NCBI RefSeq assembly: GCF_000022265.1 | Contig: NC_011979.1 | Span: 2,250,001-2,282,000 of the forward strand | Length of the DNA: 32,000 bases | Origin: Geotalea daltonii FRC-32 | GTDB taxonomy: Bacteria; Desulfobacterota; Desulfuromonadia; Geobacterales; Geobacteraceae | Direction of reading: 5' to 3' | In this document: positions 9,040 through 17,536 of the stretch, piece after piece | Numbering within the stretch: the first letter of the stretch is position 1 | Layout: the number at the start of each line of letters is the position of its first letter | The notes under the pieces: model-generated | Told to the model about the DNA's origin: nothing | Databases searched by the model: none | The model's input: the letters and a program-made list of their open reading frames with translations, nothing else | Position numbers and translations under genes: made by a program

Positions 9040-9324
9040 CGATGTATCCTCCTTATTTTTGCCTGCAGTTGCCATCATCTCCGGCAATCAACCAGGACGG
9101 CCATTTCATTCCATCAACTCGAAGAGAAATGCATTGTTAATCATTAAATCCTATTCCCACGTGGGAGCTTACAATTTTCTCAGGATGATTAAAACTCTTT
9201 TTTATGGAAACTTCGATTAGCAGTGTTCTTTTTGTCCAGACGGGTCCTGCCATGTTCAGCAAAGGTGTTGAAAATGCTTCAATTCCACCCGGACAGACCC
9301 TCTTTCCAATCCTCCTCTATTTTT

Positions 9325-9388
9325 ATGATCATGCTCATTTTTGTCCTTGCATCTTCCTTTGTTATTATTTATTGTGATCATGGTCATA
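9325..9388. promoter_or_regulatory. Candidate TetR operator pair
   Basis: TGATCATGCTCAT (9326-9338) and TGATCATGGTCAT (9375-9387) match at 12/13 positions and lie 49 bp apart. Each sits in a pseudo-palindrome (ATGA-N6-TCAT) just upstream of or overlapping the TetR start. Confidence 0.35.
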
Positions 9389-10026
9389 TGATGGAGACGC
9401 AAATGCGCATCAGCGAGCAGGCAAAACAGGAGAGCCGGACACGGCTTCTGGAAAAGGCTGCAGAGTTATTCGTAAACAAAGGATTTGAGGATACCACCAC
9501 CCGAGACATTGCCCAAGCGGCTGGGTTGGCTGCTGGTACCATGTTCAACTATTTCCCCAGCAAGGAAACCCTTGCCATGACCATGGTCACGGAAGCTTTG
9601 GAAAACGGCATCGGCGATTTTAACCGCCGGCGTACCGGAGAAGAAGACCTGGCCGAGGAGCTGTTCCTGTTCATCAGCTCAGGACTGCGCCGGCTGCGGC
9701 CGTTGCGCCACTTTCTCGGCCCGGTCCTGGAGCGTTCCCTGAGCCCCTTTCCCCGGAAGAACATCTGTCATGAAGGAGAGGCTGCTCGTCTGCAGCACCT
9801 GAATGCCGTGCAGGCCATTATCGAGCGGCACGGCTTCACGGAGGCTCCCGATGAGGTAACCATAACCATTTACTGGTCCCTCTTTCTCGGCATTCTCGCC
9901 TTCTGGACCAGTGACGAATCGGTGAATCAAGAGGCAACCCAGGCTCTGATAGACTACTCCATCCGGACCTTCGTTCACGTGATCAGCGGTAGCGGATCGG
10001 AAGGGAGTGTACACGATGCAGTGTGA
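9388..10026 (+). CDS. TetR/AcrR-family transcriptional regulator
   Basis: N-terminal HTH: SRTRLLEKAAELFVNKGFEDTTTRDIAQAAGLAAGTMFNYFPSKE. The track ORF (9223) carries an implausible hydrophobic extension. ATG 9388/9391 or ATG 9403 (GGAGA 5 nt upstream) are the likely starts. Confidence 0.85.
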   Translation: MMETQMRISEQAKQESRTRLLEKAAELFVNKGFEDTTTRDIAQAAGLAAGTMFNYFPSKETLAMTMVTEALENGIGDFNRRRTGEEDLAEELFLFISSGLRRLRPLRHFLGPVLERSLSPFPRKNICHEGEAARLQHLNAVQAIIERHGFTEAPDEVTITIYWSLFLGILAFWTSDESVNQEATQALIDYSIRTFVHVISGSGSEGSVHDAV

Positions 10027-11470
10027 AAGCGGCTATAGGACCGATTCCGCCGGCAGAACCGGCAGTACCCTCACCAAAGAGACCGAGAGGCAACTGGCGG
10101 AATTGATAGAGCGGGTTGCTGGTAAGAAGCCGCCGGTCAGTTCTTACTCACGCATGTGGATCATGGGGTCGACCCAGGCGAAGGTTGCCATGACCTTCTT
10201 GGCATCATGGGTTCAGTGCCTGTTTTCCGATGCCGACCGAAAGGAGCGGATGCGGAACGAGGCGCGGCTGAAGGCCGCCCTGGAGCTGTTGGGGACCATG
10301 GGGTACCTGCGGGGTGCCGTCATGAAACTGGGACAGCTGCTGGCAAACCTGCCGGAGGTGATCCCGGAAGAGGTGGCGGAGATATTGGGGAAGCTCCATT
10401 TCCAGGCGCCGGCCATGCATTTTTCCATGGTTCGCGAGGTCTTTCTCGACGAGTTCAGACGGGAGCCTGAAGAGATCTTTGCCTCCTTCGAACGCAAGGC
10501 TTTTGCTGCGGCTTCCCTGGGGCAGGTGCACCGGGCGCGCCTCCACACCGGCGAAGAGGTGGCGGTGAAAATCCAGTATCCCCACATTGCCAGGACGATC
10601 CGGGCAGACATGCGCAACCTGCGTCTGTTGCTGCAACCCATGCGCATGACCGAGGATTGGCCGAACCTTCTGGATAAGCTGGCAGACGTGGAGCAGATGC
10701 TTCTGATGGAGGCCGATTACCAGCAGGAAGCCGCCTTCGGTACCGAGATACGGAGCCATTTCTCTCCGGAGGAGGGTATAGTGGTTCCCCGGGTGTTCGG
10801 GGAATACTCAACAGGCCGAGTCCTGACCACCGAATATCTGCGCGGACTGCACCTTGACCAGTTTCTCGCCCTCGATCCCGATCAGGCTCTGCGGGATCAT
10901 TTCACCCACCTTTACACTGCAGCGACCATGCGGCTTCTCTACCGGGTCCACTGGCTCATGGCCGATCCCAATCCCGGCAACTATATCTTCATGGAGGACG
11001 GTCGGCTGGGAATCGTCGATTTCGGCTGTACCCGCGTCCTTTCGGAAGATGAATGGTCTCTCCAGCGCCAGGTGGAAGACGCTGTCTTGAAGGGTGACGA
11101 GGCGGAAATGAAAAGGCTCGTTGCCAAAGCCAGCCTCTATGAAAGCGCTGAAGAAATGGGACCGGAACGCCTGGAGGTTGTCGGACGTTCCATCCGGTGG
11201 ATGTTGGAGCCGTGGCAGACGGAGGGGCTATTCGATTTCGGCGACCGGGATTTTTTCTGCCGAGGTGTCGATGCGCTGATGGATGTGGCGAGGAGGCGCT
11301 ATACCCGCGGCATGCCGGTCCATATCTGGAGCACCCGTTTCATTCTGGGGGCGCGGGCAATCGTCTACCGGCTTAAGGGGCGCTGTGATTTCAGAAAGAT
11401 CTATGACAAGGAATCGGGCGGAGCTGACAGAACACGAATTCATGCAGCTGATGAGGTTTTCAATGACTGA
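10016..11470 (+). CDS. ABC1/UbiB-family atypical protein kinase, paralog 1
   Basis: ABC1 hallmarks: FAAASLGQVHRARL, EEVAVKIQYP, EADYQQEA, catalytic loop MADPNPGN and VDFG. ATG 10016 lies 8 nt after AAGGGAG and overlaps the TetR stop (10026) by 11 nt. Confidence 0.88.
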   Translation: MQCESGYRTDSAGRTGSTLTKETERQLAELIERVAGKKPPVSSYSRMWIMGSTQAKVAMTFLASWVQCLFSDADRKERMRNEARLKAALELLGTMGYLRGAVMKLGQLLANLPEVIPEEVAEILGKLHFQAPAMHFSMVREVFLDEFRREPEEIFASFERKAFAAASLGQVHRARLHTGEEVAVKIQYPHIARTIRADMRNLRLLLQPMRMTEDWPNLLDKLADVEQMLLMEADYQQEAAFGTEIRSHFSPEEGIVVPRVFGEYSTGRVLTTEYLRGLHLDQFLALDPDQALRDHFTHLYTAATMRLLYRVHWLMADPNPGNYIFMEDGRLGIVDFGCTRVLSEDEWSLQRQVEDAVLKGDEAEMKRLVAKASLYESAEEMGPERLEVVGRSIRWMLEPWQTEGLFDFGDRDFFCRGVDALMDVARRRYTRGMPVHIWSTRFILGARAIVYRLKGRCDFRKIYDKESGGADRTRIHAADEVFND

Positions 11471-12881
11471 TGAAACGCTTATCAAGGCAATGCCCAAAGA
11501 TGCGACCATCGACCCGACCGGGGAGCGGCTGGCAGAACTGGTGAGCAGCATTGCCGGCAGGAAAATGCCGGTCTCCTCCTTTTCCCGCATGTGGAACCTG
11601 GGTTCGGCCCACGCCAGGGTCACCCTGGGTTACTTTGCCTACTGGCTCCGCAGTCGCTTTGCCGATGATGATGGGAAGCAGCGCCTTAAAAACGAGGCGC
11701 ACCTGGCGGCAGCCCTGCAGTTATTCTCCACCATGGGATATCTGCGGGGTGCAGTGATGAAGGTGGGGCAGATGCTGGCCAACCTGCCGGAGATTGTCCC
11801 GGAGGAATTTGCCGAAGTCCTTTCGGCGCTCCATTTCGAGGCCCCTCCCATGCATTATGCCATGGTCAGGGATGTTTTCCTGGACGAGTTCGGGCGAGAG
11901 CCGGAGGAACTGTTCGCTTCCTTCGACCGTCAGGCTTTCGCCGCCGCTTCCCTGGGGCAGGTACACCGCGCCCGGCTGCATAGCGGGGAGGAAGTGGCGG
12001 TAAAGGTCCAGTATCCCCACATCGCCCGGACTATCAAGGCAGACCTGCGCAATCTCCGAATTCTGCTGCAACCCATGTGTCTCACCAGCGACTGGCAGAA
12101 CACCCTGGACAAGCTGACGGATTTGGAGCACGTGCTGCTCATGGAGACCGATTACGAAAATGAGGCCCGTATCAGCAACGAGACGAGGCAGTTGTACGGC
12201 GACGAAGACCAGGTGGTGGTGCCGAGGGTCCATGAACAGTATTCCACGAAGCGGGTTTTGACGACGGACTATCTGGCCGGCAAGCACCTTGAGCAACTCC
12301 TGGCTGAAAATCCCAGCCAGGAGGAGCGTGATCATTTCTGTACGCTCATTTCCAAGGCCATTTACAGGATTTATTACCGTCTGCACCGGGTGCATGCCGA
12401 CCCGCACCCCGGCAACTTCATATTTATGGAGGATGGACGCCTGGGGCTCATCGATTTCGGCTGCTCCCGGGTCATCACCGATGATGAGTGGCGGCTGATG
12501 ATGGCTATCGAGCAGGCCGGCATCGACGGGGATGAAGAGGCTTTGAGCCGTTTGATTGCCGAAGCATGCCTGTGCAAGAACCCCGGGGAGATCGAACCGG
12601 ACCGGCTGGAAACGGTGCGGCGCGGGGTCGATTGGCAGCTGAAGCCTACGTTGACTGAAGGGCTCTACGATATGGGGGACCGGGAGGAATTTCTGCGAGG
12701 CGTCACCAGTTTAATGGAGATGACCCGCAAAGGATATACCCGCGGTTCCCCCTTGTACCTCTGGACCAATCGCTTGTGCCTCGGTGCCAGGGCAGTGGGG
12801 TACCGCCTGAAAGGACGCGTCCATCACCAGAAGATCCAGCGGCAGGAATTTGCCGCCGTAAAAGGAGATGCTCCATGTTGA
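11463..12881 (+). CDS. ABC1/UbiB-family atypical protein kinase, paralog 2
   Basis: Same motifs with the canonical catalytic loop HADPHPGN and IDFG. ATG 11463 overlaps the paralog-1 stop (11470) by 8 nt and gives an N-terminus colinear with paralog 1. ATGs at 11403, 11442 and 11451 are alternatives. Confidence 0.85.
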   Translation: MTDETLIKAMPKDATIDPTGERLAELVSSIAGRKMPVSSFSRMWNLGSAHARVTLGYFAYWLRSRFADDDGKQRLKNEAHLAAALQLFSTMGYLRGAVMKVGQMLANLPEIVPEEFAEVLSALHFEAPPMHYAMVRDVFLDEFGREPEELFASFDRQAFAAASLGQVHRARLHSGEEVAVKVQYPHIARTIKADLRNLRILLQPMCLTSDWQNTLDKLTDLEHVLLMETDYENEARISNETRQLYGDEDQVVVPRVHEQYSTKRVLTTDYLAGKHLEQLLAENPSQEERDHFCTLISKAIYRIYYRLHRVHADPHPGNFIFMEDGRLGLIDFGCSRVITDDEWRLMMAIEQAGIDGDEEALSRLIAEACLCKNPGEIEPDRLETVRRGVDWQLKPTLTEGLYDMGDREEFLRGVTSLMEMTRKGYTRGSPLYLWTNRLCLGARAVGYRLKGRVHHQKIQRQEFAAVKGDAPC

Positions 12882-13561
12882 GACTACGCGATGTAACCAA
12901 GACCTATGACGGAAAGTCGGAAGTGACGGCCCTTGCAGGGATCACCCTCACTATCGATCCGGGCGAAATGGTGGCGATCATGGGGCCGTCCGGCTCCGGC
13001 AAGTCAACCTTGCTCAACCTTTTCGGAGGGCTGGATGTTCCTACCTCGGGCCAGGTCATGGTGGCGGGGAAGGATCTGGCGGGGGAAAACGAGAAGGAAC
13101 GGTCGCTGTTTCGCCGCTCGAAAATTTCTTATATTTTCCAGGCCTATCACCTGATGCCGACCTTGAAGGTAAGCCAGAACGTGGCGCTGCCCCTGCATCT
13201 GGCCGGCGTATCTTCCACCGAGATCAGTCGCAGGGTTGCCCAGGCCCTGAAGGACGTCGGCTTGGAGTCGCGGGCGAATCACCTTCCCGACGAGCTTTCC
13301 GGCGGCGAGCGCCAGCGGGTCGCCATTGCCCGGGCGCTGGTGACCGGGGCGCCGCTCCTTTTGGCGGACGAGCCCACCGGCAACCTGGACAGCGCCCGTG
13401 GAGAGGAGATCCTGAAGCTGCTCCGTACCATCCACCGTGAGCGGGGCACCACCATCGTCATGGTCACCCACGACCACCACGCCGCTTCCGCCTGCGACCG
13501 CCTGATAAGCCTGCGGGACGGCAGGGTTGAGGGGGATGGCGCCGTTGGAGGTGGGAAATGA
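12875..13561 (+). CDS. ABC transporter ATP-binding protein (LolD/MacB/YbbA type)
   Basis: Walker A GPSGSGKST, signature LSGGERQRVAIARAL, Walker B LLLADEPTGNLD. ATG 12875 has an AAAGGAGA RBS and overlaps the kinase-2 stop by 7 nt. Confidence 0.92.
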   Translation: MLRLRDVTKTYDGKSEVTALAGITLTIDPGEMVAIMGPSGSGKSTLLNLFGGLDVPTSGQVMVAGKDLAGENEKERSLFRRSKISYIFQAYHLMPTLKVSQNVALPLHLAGVSSTEISRRVAQALKDVGLESRANHLPDELSGGERQRVAIARALVTGAPLLLADEPTGNLDSARGEEILKLLRTIHRERGTTIVMVTHDHHAASACDRLISLRDGRVEGDGAVGGGK

Positions 13562-16113
13562 ATTTCCTGCTTCGCACCCTGTCTCTCTCCTACGTCAGGC
13601 GCCACCTGATGAAGACGCTGCTGACCCTGCTGGGTGTCGTGGTCGGCGTCGCCACCTTCAGCGCCATTCGCAGCGCCCAGGGAACACTGGTCAAGGGAAT
13701 ACGCTCCACTGTCGACCGTGTCGCCGGCAAGGCCCATCTGCAGATAACCATGGCCGGCGGAGTGCCGGAGGAGGCCCAGGAGAAGGTCCGAACCCTTCCG
13801 GGTATCCGGGCCGTCTCACCGGTCATCGAACAGATCGTGGTGCCGGAGCGGGGCGAACTGGGGAGCCTGATGGTGATCGGCATTGACCTCCTGGGGGACC
13901 GGGAGATGCGGGAATACGGTTTCGAGGGAGATGATGCCGACCTGGACGATCCGCTGCTGTTCCTCGCCCAGCCCGACTCGGCCATCTTCACCCGCGACTT
14001 TGCCCAAAGGGCGGGGCTAAAGACCGGTGACACCCTTCCGGTGCGGGTATCTACCGGGGTGAAGCGGGTTGCGGCACGGGGACTCCTTTCCGCCAAGGGT
14101 TTTGCCGAGGCCTTCGGCGGCAACCTGATGGTGGTGGATGTTTATGCCGCCCAGGAGCTATTCGGCCGGGGCCGCCGCTTCGACCGCATCGATGTGCGGC
14201 TTGCGGAGGGGACAACGGTGGCCCAAGGGACGGCAACGCTTCAGAAGGTCCTGGGGCCTGCCTATGGCGTGGAGACGCCGGACCGTCGGAGTGCACAGAT
14301 GGAGCAGACGGTGAACAATTTCGTCGTCGGCTTCAATGTTACCAGCGGCTTTGCCCTTTGCATCGGTACCTTTCTCATCTTCAACGCCTTCAACGTGGCG
14401 GTGAACCGCAGGCGGCGCGACATCGGCACCCTGCGCGCCCTGGGGGCCACGCCGCGGCAGGTGCAGTCCCTCTTTCTCTTGGAGGCGCTGGTAATCGGCC
14501 TGGTCGGGGGTGCTGTCGGCTGTCTGGCTGGAGGTGCCATTTCCGAAGGGTTTCTCCGCATGATGGGGCAGACGACGGAAACGGTGTACGGGATTGCCTC
14601 CTCCGGAAGCTCCGTTATGTTTCCCCCTGGAATCGTCCTTGAGTCCATGCTGCTCGGCGTTGTCGCATCTCTCGTGGGAGCTTGGAATCCAGCGCTTGCC
14701 GCCTCCCGGATTTCTCCGACTGAAGCCTTTGCCAAAGGGGCTTTCCAGGCAAAGATTGCCGGAAGCCATGGGCTCCGAATCGCAGCCGGCGCCGTTGCTT
14801 TCGGCTGCGCCATTCTCATTGCCCTTTTTCCCCCTTTTGGCGGGAACCCACTCATCCTATCCGTGATGGTCCTCGGCGGAATCGGAATGGTGCTCCTCGT
14901 CGGCCCGTTTTCCCGCGTGCTCCTGCGTTTCTTCGCCCCGCTTCTTATGGGGTTTTCGCCGGTTGCGGGACGTCTCTGTTCCAATGCCCTCCTGGGAGCT
15001 CCCCGCAGGACCTCCGGCACGGTCATGGCCATGGCGCTTTCACTTACATTCGTTCTCGGATTCGGCGGATACATGGGATCTATGACAGAATCGATGGCCA
15101 AGTGGATGGATGATGTCCTCACCAGCGACCTTTACGTGCGGGCGTCCGCCAACTGGTCGCGCCCCGATTTCCTCTTTCCGGGAACATTGCGGCAGGAACT
15201 TCAGAAGGTGTCGGGCGTGCGGGCAGTTGAATCGGTGAGGACGATCCGCCCCATGTACCAGGGACATCAGATCGTAATCAGCTCCTTCGAGGTTGAGCCG
15301 GTACTGAAGCGGATCGAGTACGAATATTTCAGCGGCAACGAGCAGTCCATACTCCAGGGGGTCGGCAGGCAGGGGATGTGCTTCGTTTCGGATAATTTTC
15401 AGAGCCGCTTCAACCTGGGCGTTGGGCAGGAAGTCGAACTGATAACCCCCCAGGGGCCCGTGCGGTTTCCCATAGCCGCCGTTGTGCGCGATTTTGGCTC
15501 GGACCAGGGTTCCATTTATATGGACCGGAGTACTTATCTGCGCCATTGGCAGGATGACCGAGTGGATATCTATGACGTGTCAGTGGTTGGCGGAGCTGAT
15601 GTGGGCCAGGTCCGCAACCTGATTCGGGCGCAGTTGGCGGGGAAGATGCCGGCTCTGATCTCGACCAGGCAGGAGTTCGTTGCCGAGATCAAGAAGGCTA
15701 TCGATGCCTTTCATGCCCTGACACGGGTCACCCTGTTCCTTGCTTTGGCGGTGGCGTTCCTGGGCATCGTCACATCGCTTCTAATTTCAGTGTCGGAACG
15801 GACCCGGGAAATCGGCGTATTGAAGGCACTCGGCGCGATCCCGTCGCAAATCGTCCGGAGCGTCGTGGCGGAGGCACTCGTCATCTCCCTGGTGTCGGTC
15901 TTCGTGGCAATCCCTGCCGGAAATCTTTTTGCTGCCTTCATGGAGGGGGCGGTGGCAAGGTTCTTCACCGGCTGGAGCATGCCCCACCTCTATCCATGGA
16001 ATATCCTGATCCAGCTTTTCATCGCCCTTCCGTTCGTATCCGCGTTTGCCGCCTGGGTTCCGGCGCGCCAGGCGGCACGGCTGAAGATAACCGAGGCAAT
16101 CGAGTACGAATGA
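13558..16113 (+). CDS. Fused double-FtsX ABC permease (YbbP/MacB-like, 851 aa)
   Basis: Two FtsX-type modules (RRRRDIGTLRALGATPRQV and RTREIGVLKALGAIPSQI), each preceded by a large extracytoplasmic domain. ATGA start/stop overlap with the ATPase gene. Confidence 0.9.
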   Translation: MNFLLRTLSLSYVRRHLMKTLLTLLGVVVGVATFSAIRSAQGTLVKGIRSTVDRVAGKAHLQITMAGGVPEEAQEKVRTLPGIRAVSPVIEQIVVPERGELGSLMVIGIDLLGDREMREYGFEGDDADLDDPLLFLAQPDSAIFTRDFAQRAGLKTGDTLPVRVSTGVKRVAARGLLSAKGFAEAFGGNLMVVDVYAAQELFGRGRRFDRIDVRLAEGTTVAQGTATLQKVLGPAYGVETPDRRSAQMEQTVNNFVVGFNVTSGFALCIGTFLIFNAFNVAVNRRRRDIGTLRALGATPRQVQSLFLLEALVIGLVGGAVGCLAGGAISEGFLRMMGQTTETVYGIASSGSSVMFPPGIVLESMLLGVVASLVGAWNPALAASRISPTEAFAKGAFQAKIAGSHGLRIAAGAVAFGCAILIALFPPFGGNPLILSVMVLGGIGMVLLVGPFSRVLLRFFAPLLMGFSPVAGRLCSNALLGAPRRTSGTVMAMALSLTFVLGFGGYMGSMTESMAKWMDDVLTSDLYVRASANWSRPDFLFPGTLRQELQKVSGVRAVESVRTIRPMYQGHQIVISSFEVEPVLKRIEYEYFSGNEQSILQGVGRQGMCFVSDNFQSRFNLGVGQEVELITPQGPVRFPIAAVVRDFGSDQGSIYMDRSTYLRHWQDDRVDIYDVSVVGGADVGQVRNLIRAQLAGKMPALISTRQEFVAEIKKAIDAFHALTRVTLFLALAVAFLGIVTSLLISVSERTREIGVLKALGAIPSQIVRSVVAEALVISLVSVFVAIPAGNLFAAFMEGAVARFFTGWSMPHLYPWNILIQLFIALPFVSAFAAWVPARQAARLKITEAIEYE

Positions 16114-16200
16114 CCCTTTCTCCCCCTTAAGAAAGGGGGCTGTGGGGATTTTTCTGCGATAGTATAAATCCCCCTGAATCTCCCTTTCCTAAAGGGGGAC
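16114..16200. repeat. Two short GC-rich REP-like hairpins, possibly the operon terminator
   Basis: CCCCCTT (16122-16128) pairs with AAGGGGG (16133-16139), and a T-run follows at 16149-16153. CCCTTT (16182-16187) pairs with AAAGGG (16191-16196). Both have the same CCCC..GGGG flavour as the 4754 hairpin. Confidence 0.4.
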
Positions 16201-16256
16201 TTGGTCCGGCGGCAGTTTGCGAACATCGGCAAAACCTGTGGATAAGGAGGTACACA

Positions 16257-16664
16257 TTGGCGGAAATAGCGATAAAAATAGGCGGAGTCCTCTCCGCCCT
16301 GGTCGGCATCGGTCACTGTTTTTTCTACCGTGGTTTCGGCTGGCAGGAAGATTTCGAGAAAACCCGATTGCTGACTGCCCAGGTGCTTTACACAATCCAT
16401 CTGTTTCTTATCCCCATGTTTTTGTTCTTTGCCTACGCTTCCCTCTTCCATACGAGTGAACTGGCTGGAGGAAGCCCGCTCGGTATTGCCGTCAGCACCT
16501 TCTACGCACTTTTCTGGTTTTTTAGGCTTTTCTGGCAGATGGTCTATTTCAAGCCGGCCCAGATAACCGGATTCGAGAAGCTCTTGCCGTTGCATTACTT
16601 TCTGATGGTCTGCTTCGTTGCTTTAACCGCGGCCTATGCTCTTCCGCTAGTATGGCAGCGGTGA
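16257..16664 (+). CDS. Small hypothetical integral membrane protein (135 aa, ~4 TM)
   Basis: TTG start 6 nt after a strong AAGGAGG (16244-16250). Hydrophobic, helix-rich translation. No family recognised. Confidence 0.55.
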   Translation: MAEIAIKIGGVLSALVGIGHCFFYRGFGWQEDFEKTRLLTAQVLYTIHLFLIPMFLFFAYASLFHTSELAGGSPLGIAVSTFYALFWFFRLFWQMVYFKPAQITGFEKLLPLHYFLMVCFVALTAAYALPLVWQR

Positions 16665-16735
16665 TGATACAAGGGAAATTCGGCTGAAGTTCCCTTTCCC
16701 TGTCGGTTTGCCAAATATCAGCTATGGAGACAGTC

Positions 16736-17536
16736 ATGCACAAAAAAAACGGATTATCGATTACAACTGCGGCATTGTTGCTCTTAGTCTTCACCACCAC
16801 CCTGGCCCTGGCGGCACCCGATGCCCGGGCACTGCTCAAAGAGTCTGAGGCCCGCCACCGGACGAAGACCCAGCAGTATTCCGGCAATCTTGCCGTGGTC
16901 AACAAGGATGGCAAAGTCCGCAAAAAGGGCTGGAAAAGTTACCGGCAGGGCTACGCCGGTGACGCCAAGACCCTGACCCGGTTCACCGAACCGCCGGAGG
17001 TGAAGGGGGTCGGCTTCCTCTCCATCTCCCGCCCCGCCGGACAGAATGCCGACCAGTGGCTCTATCTCCCCTCCATGAAACGGGAACGGCGCATTGCCGC
17101 CCAGGATCGGGATGCGTCATTCGTCGGTACCGATTTCAACTACGAGGACATGGAGGAGTTCGACCACGAAAAGCACAAAGTGGCCATGCAAGGAGAACAG
17201 ACCGTGGATGGGCAGCTTTGCTATGTGATTACGGCGATTCCACTGGAAAGCGCCGGCAAGTCGGTCTACGAGAAGAAGACCCTTTACCTGCGCAAAGATA
17301 TCCTCTACCTGTTGCGTATGGACCTTTACCGGAAAGGTGACAAGCAGCCCGGCAAGATATTCAGCCTTTCCGACCTGCAGAATGTGGAGGGGCACTGGGT
17401 CGCCAAGAAATGGGAAATGAGCGACCTGAAAAAGGGGAGCAAGACGACGGTGATCTTGAAGGATGTGACCTTCGACAAGCCCCAGCCGGCAAACCGCTTT
17501 ACATTGCAGAACCTGAACCGTGAAGGTGGCGATTGA
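16736..17536 (+). CDS. LolA-like outer-membrane lipoprotein-sorting family protein (periplasmic)
   Basis: Signal peptide ..TTTLALAAPDA. The core QWLYLPSMKRERRIAAQDRDASFVGTDFNYEDME matches my recollection of the LolA_like family signature. ATG 16736 (GGAGA 5 nt upstream) is preferred; ATG 16724 is an alternative. Confidence 0.75.
   Translation: MHKKNGLSITTAALLLLVFTTTLALAAPDARALLKESEARHRTKTQQYSGNLAVVNKDGKVRKKGWKSYRQGYAGDAKTLTRFTEPPEVKGVGFLSISRPAGQNADQWLYLPSMKRERRIAAQDRDASFVGTDFNYEDMEEFDHEKHKVAMQGEQTVDGQLCYVITAIPLESAGKSVYEKKTLYLRKDILYLLRMDLYRKGDKQPGKIFSLSDLQNVEGHWVAKKWEMSDLKKGSKTTVILKDVTFDKPQPANRFTLQNLNREGGD

Noticed and set aside
9154-9165. Short perfect palindromes: TCCCACGTGGGA (9154-9165), TTAATCATTAA (9136-9146), CTGCCGATCGGCAG (20240-20253) and ATGTCTAGACAT (27665-27676)
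   Set aside because: Perfect 12-14-bp palindromes are expected several times by chance in 32 kb, and none is repeated or positioned convincingly. They are kept only as weak candidates for operator or terminator roles.
9223-9387. N-terminal 55-residue extension of the TetR ORF, with a GTG start at 9223
   Set aside because: The extension is hydrophobic and low-complexity, would be unprecedented for TetR regulators, lies in AT-rich promoter-like DNA and contains the candidate operators. The internal ATGs give a normal-length TetR.
11283-11462. Upstream extension of kinase paralog 2, which would overlap paralog 1 by 188 nt
   Set aside because: The extension is translated from the paralog-1 coding region in another frame. 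The colinear N-terminus with paralog 1 starts near ATG 11463.
15990-16595. 201-aa minus-strand ORF spanning the region downstream of the FtsX permease gene
   Set aside because: It overlaps the permease 3-prime end, reads through the REP-like hairpins (giving PFRKGRFRGI / PPFLRGRKG pseudo-peptides) and has no RBS. The plus-strand 135-aa membrane ORF with an AAGGAGG RBS explains the region better.
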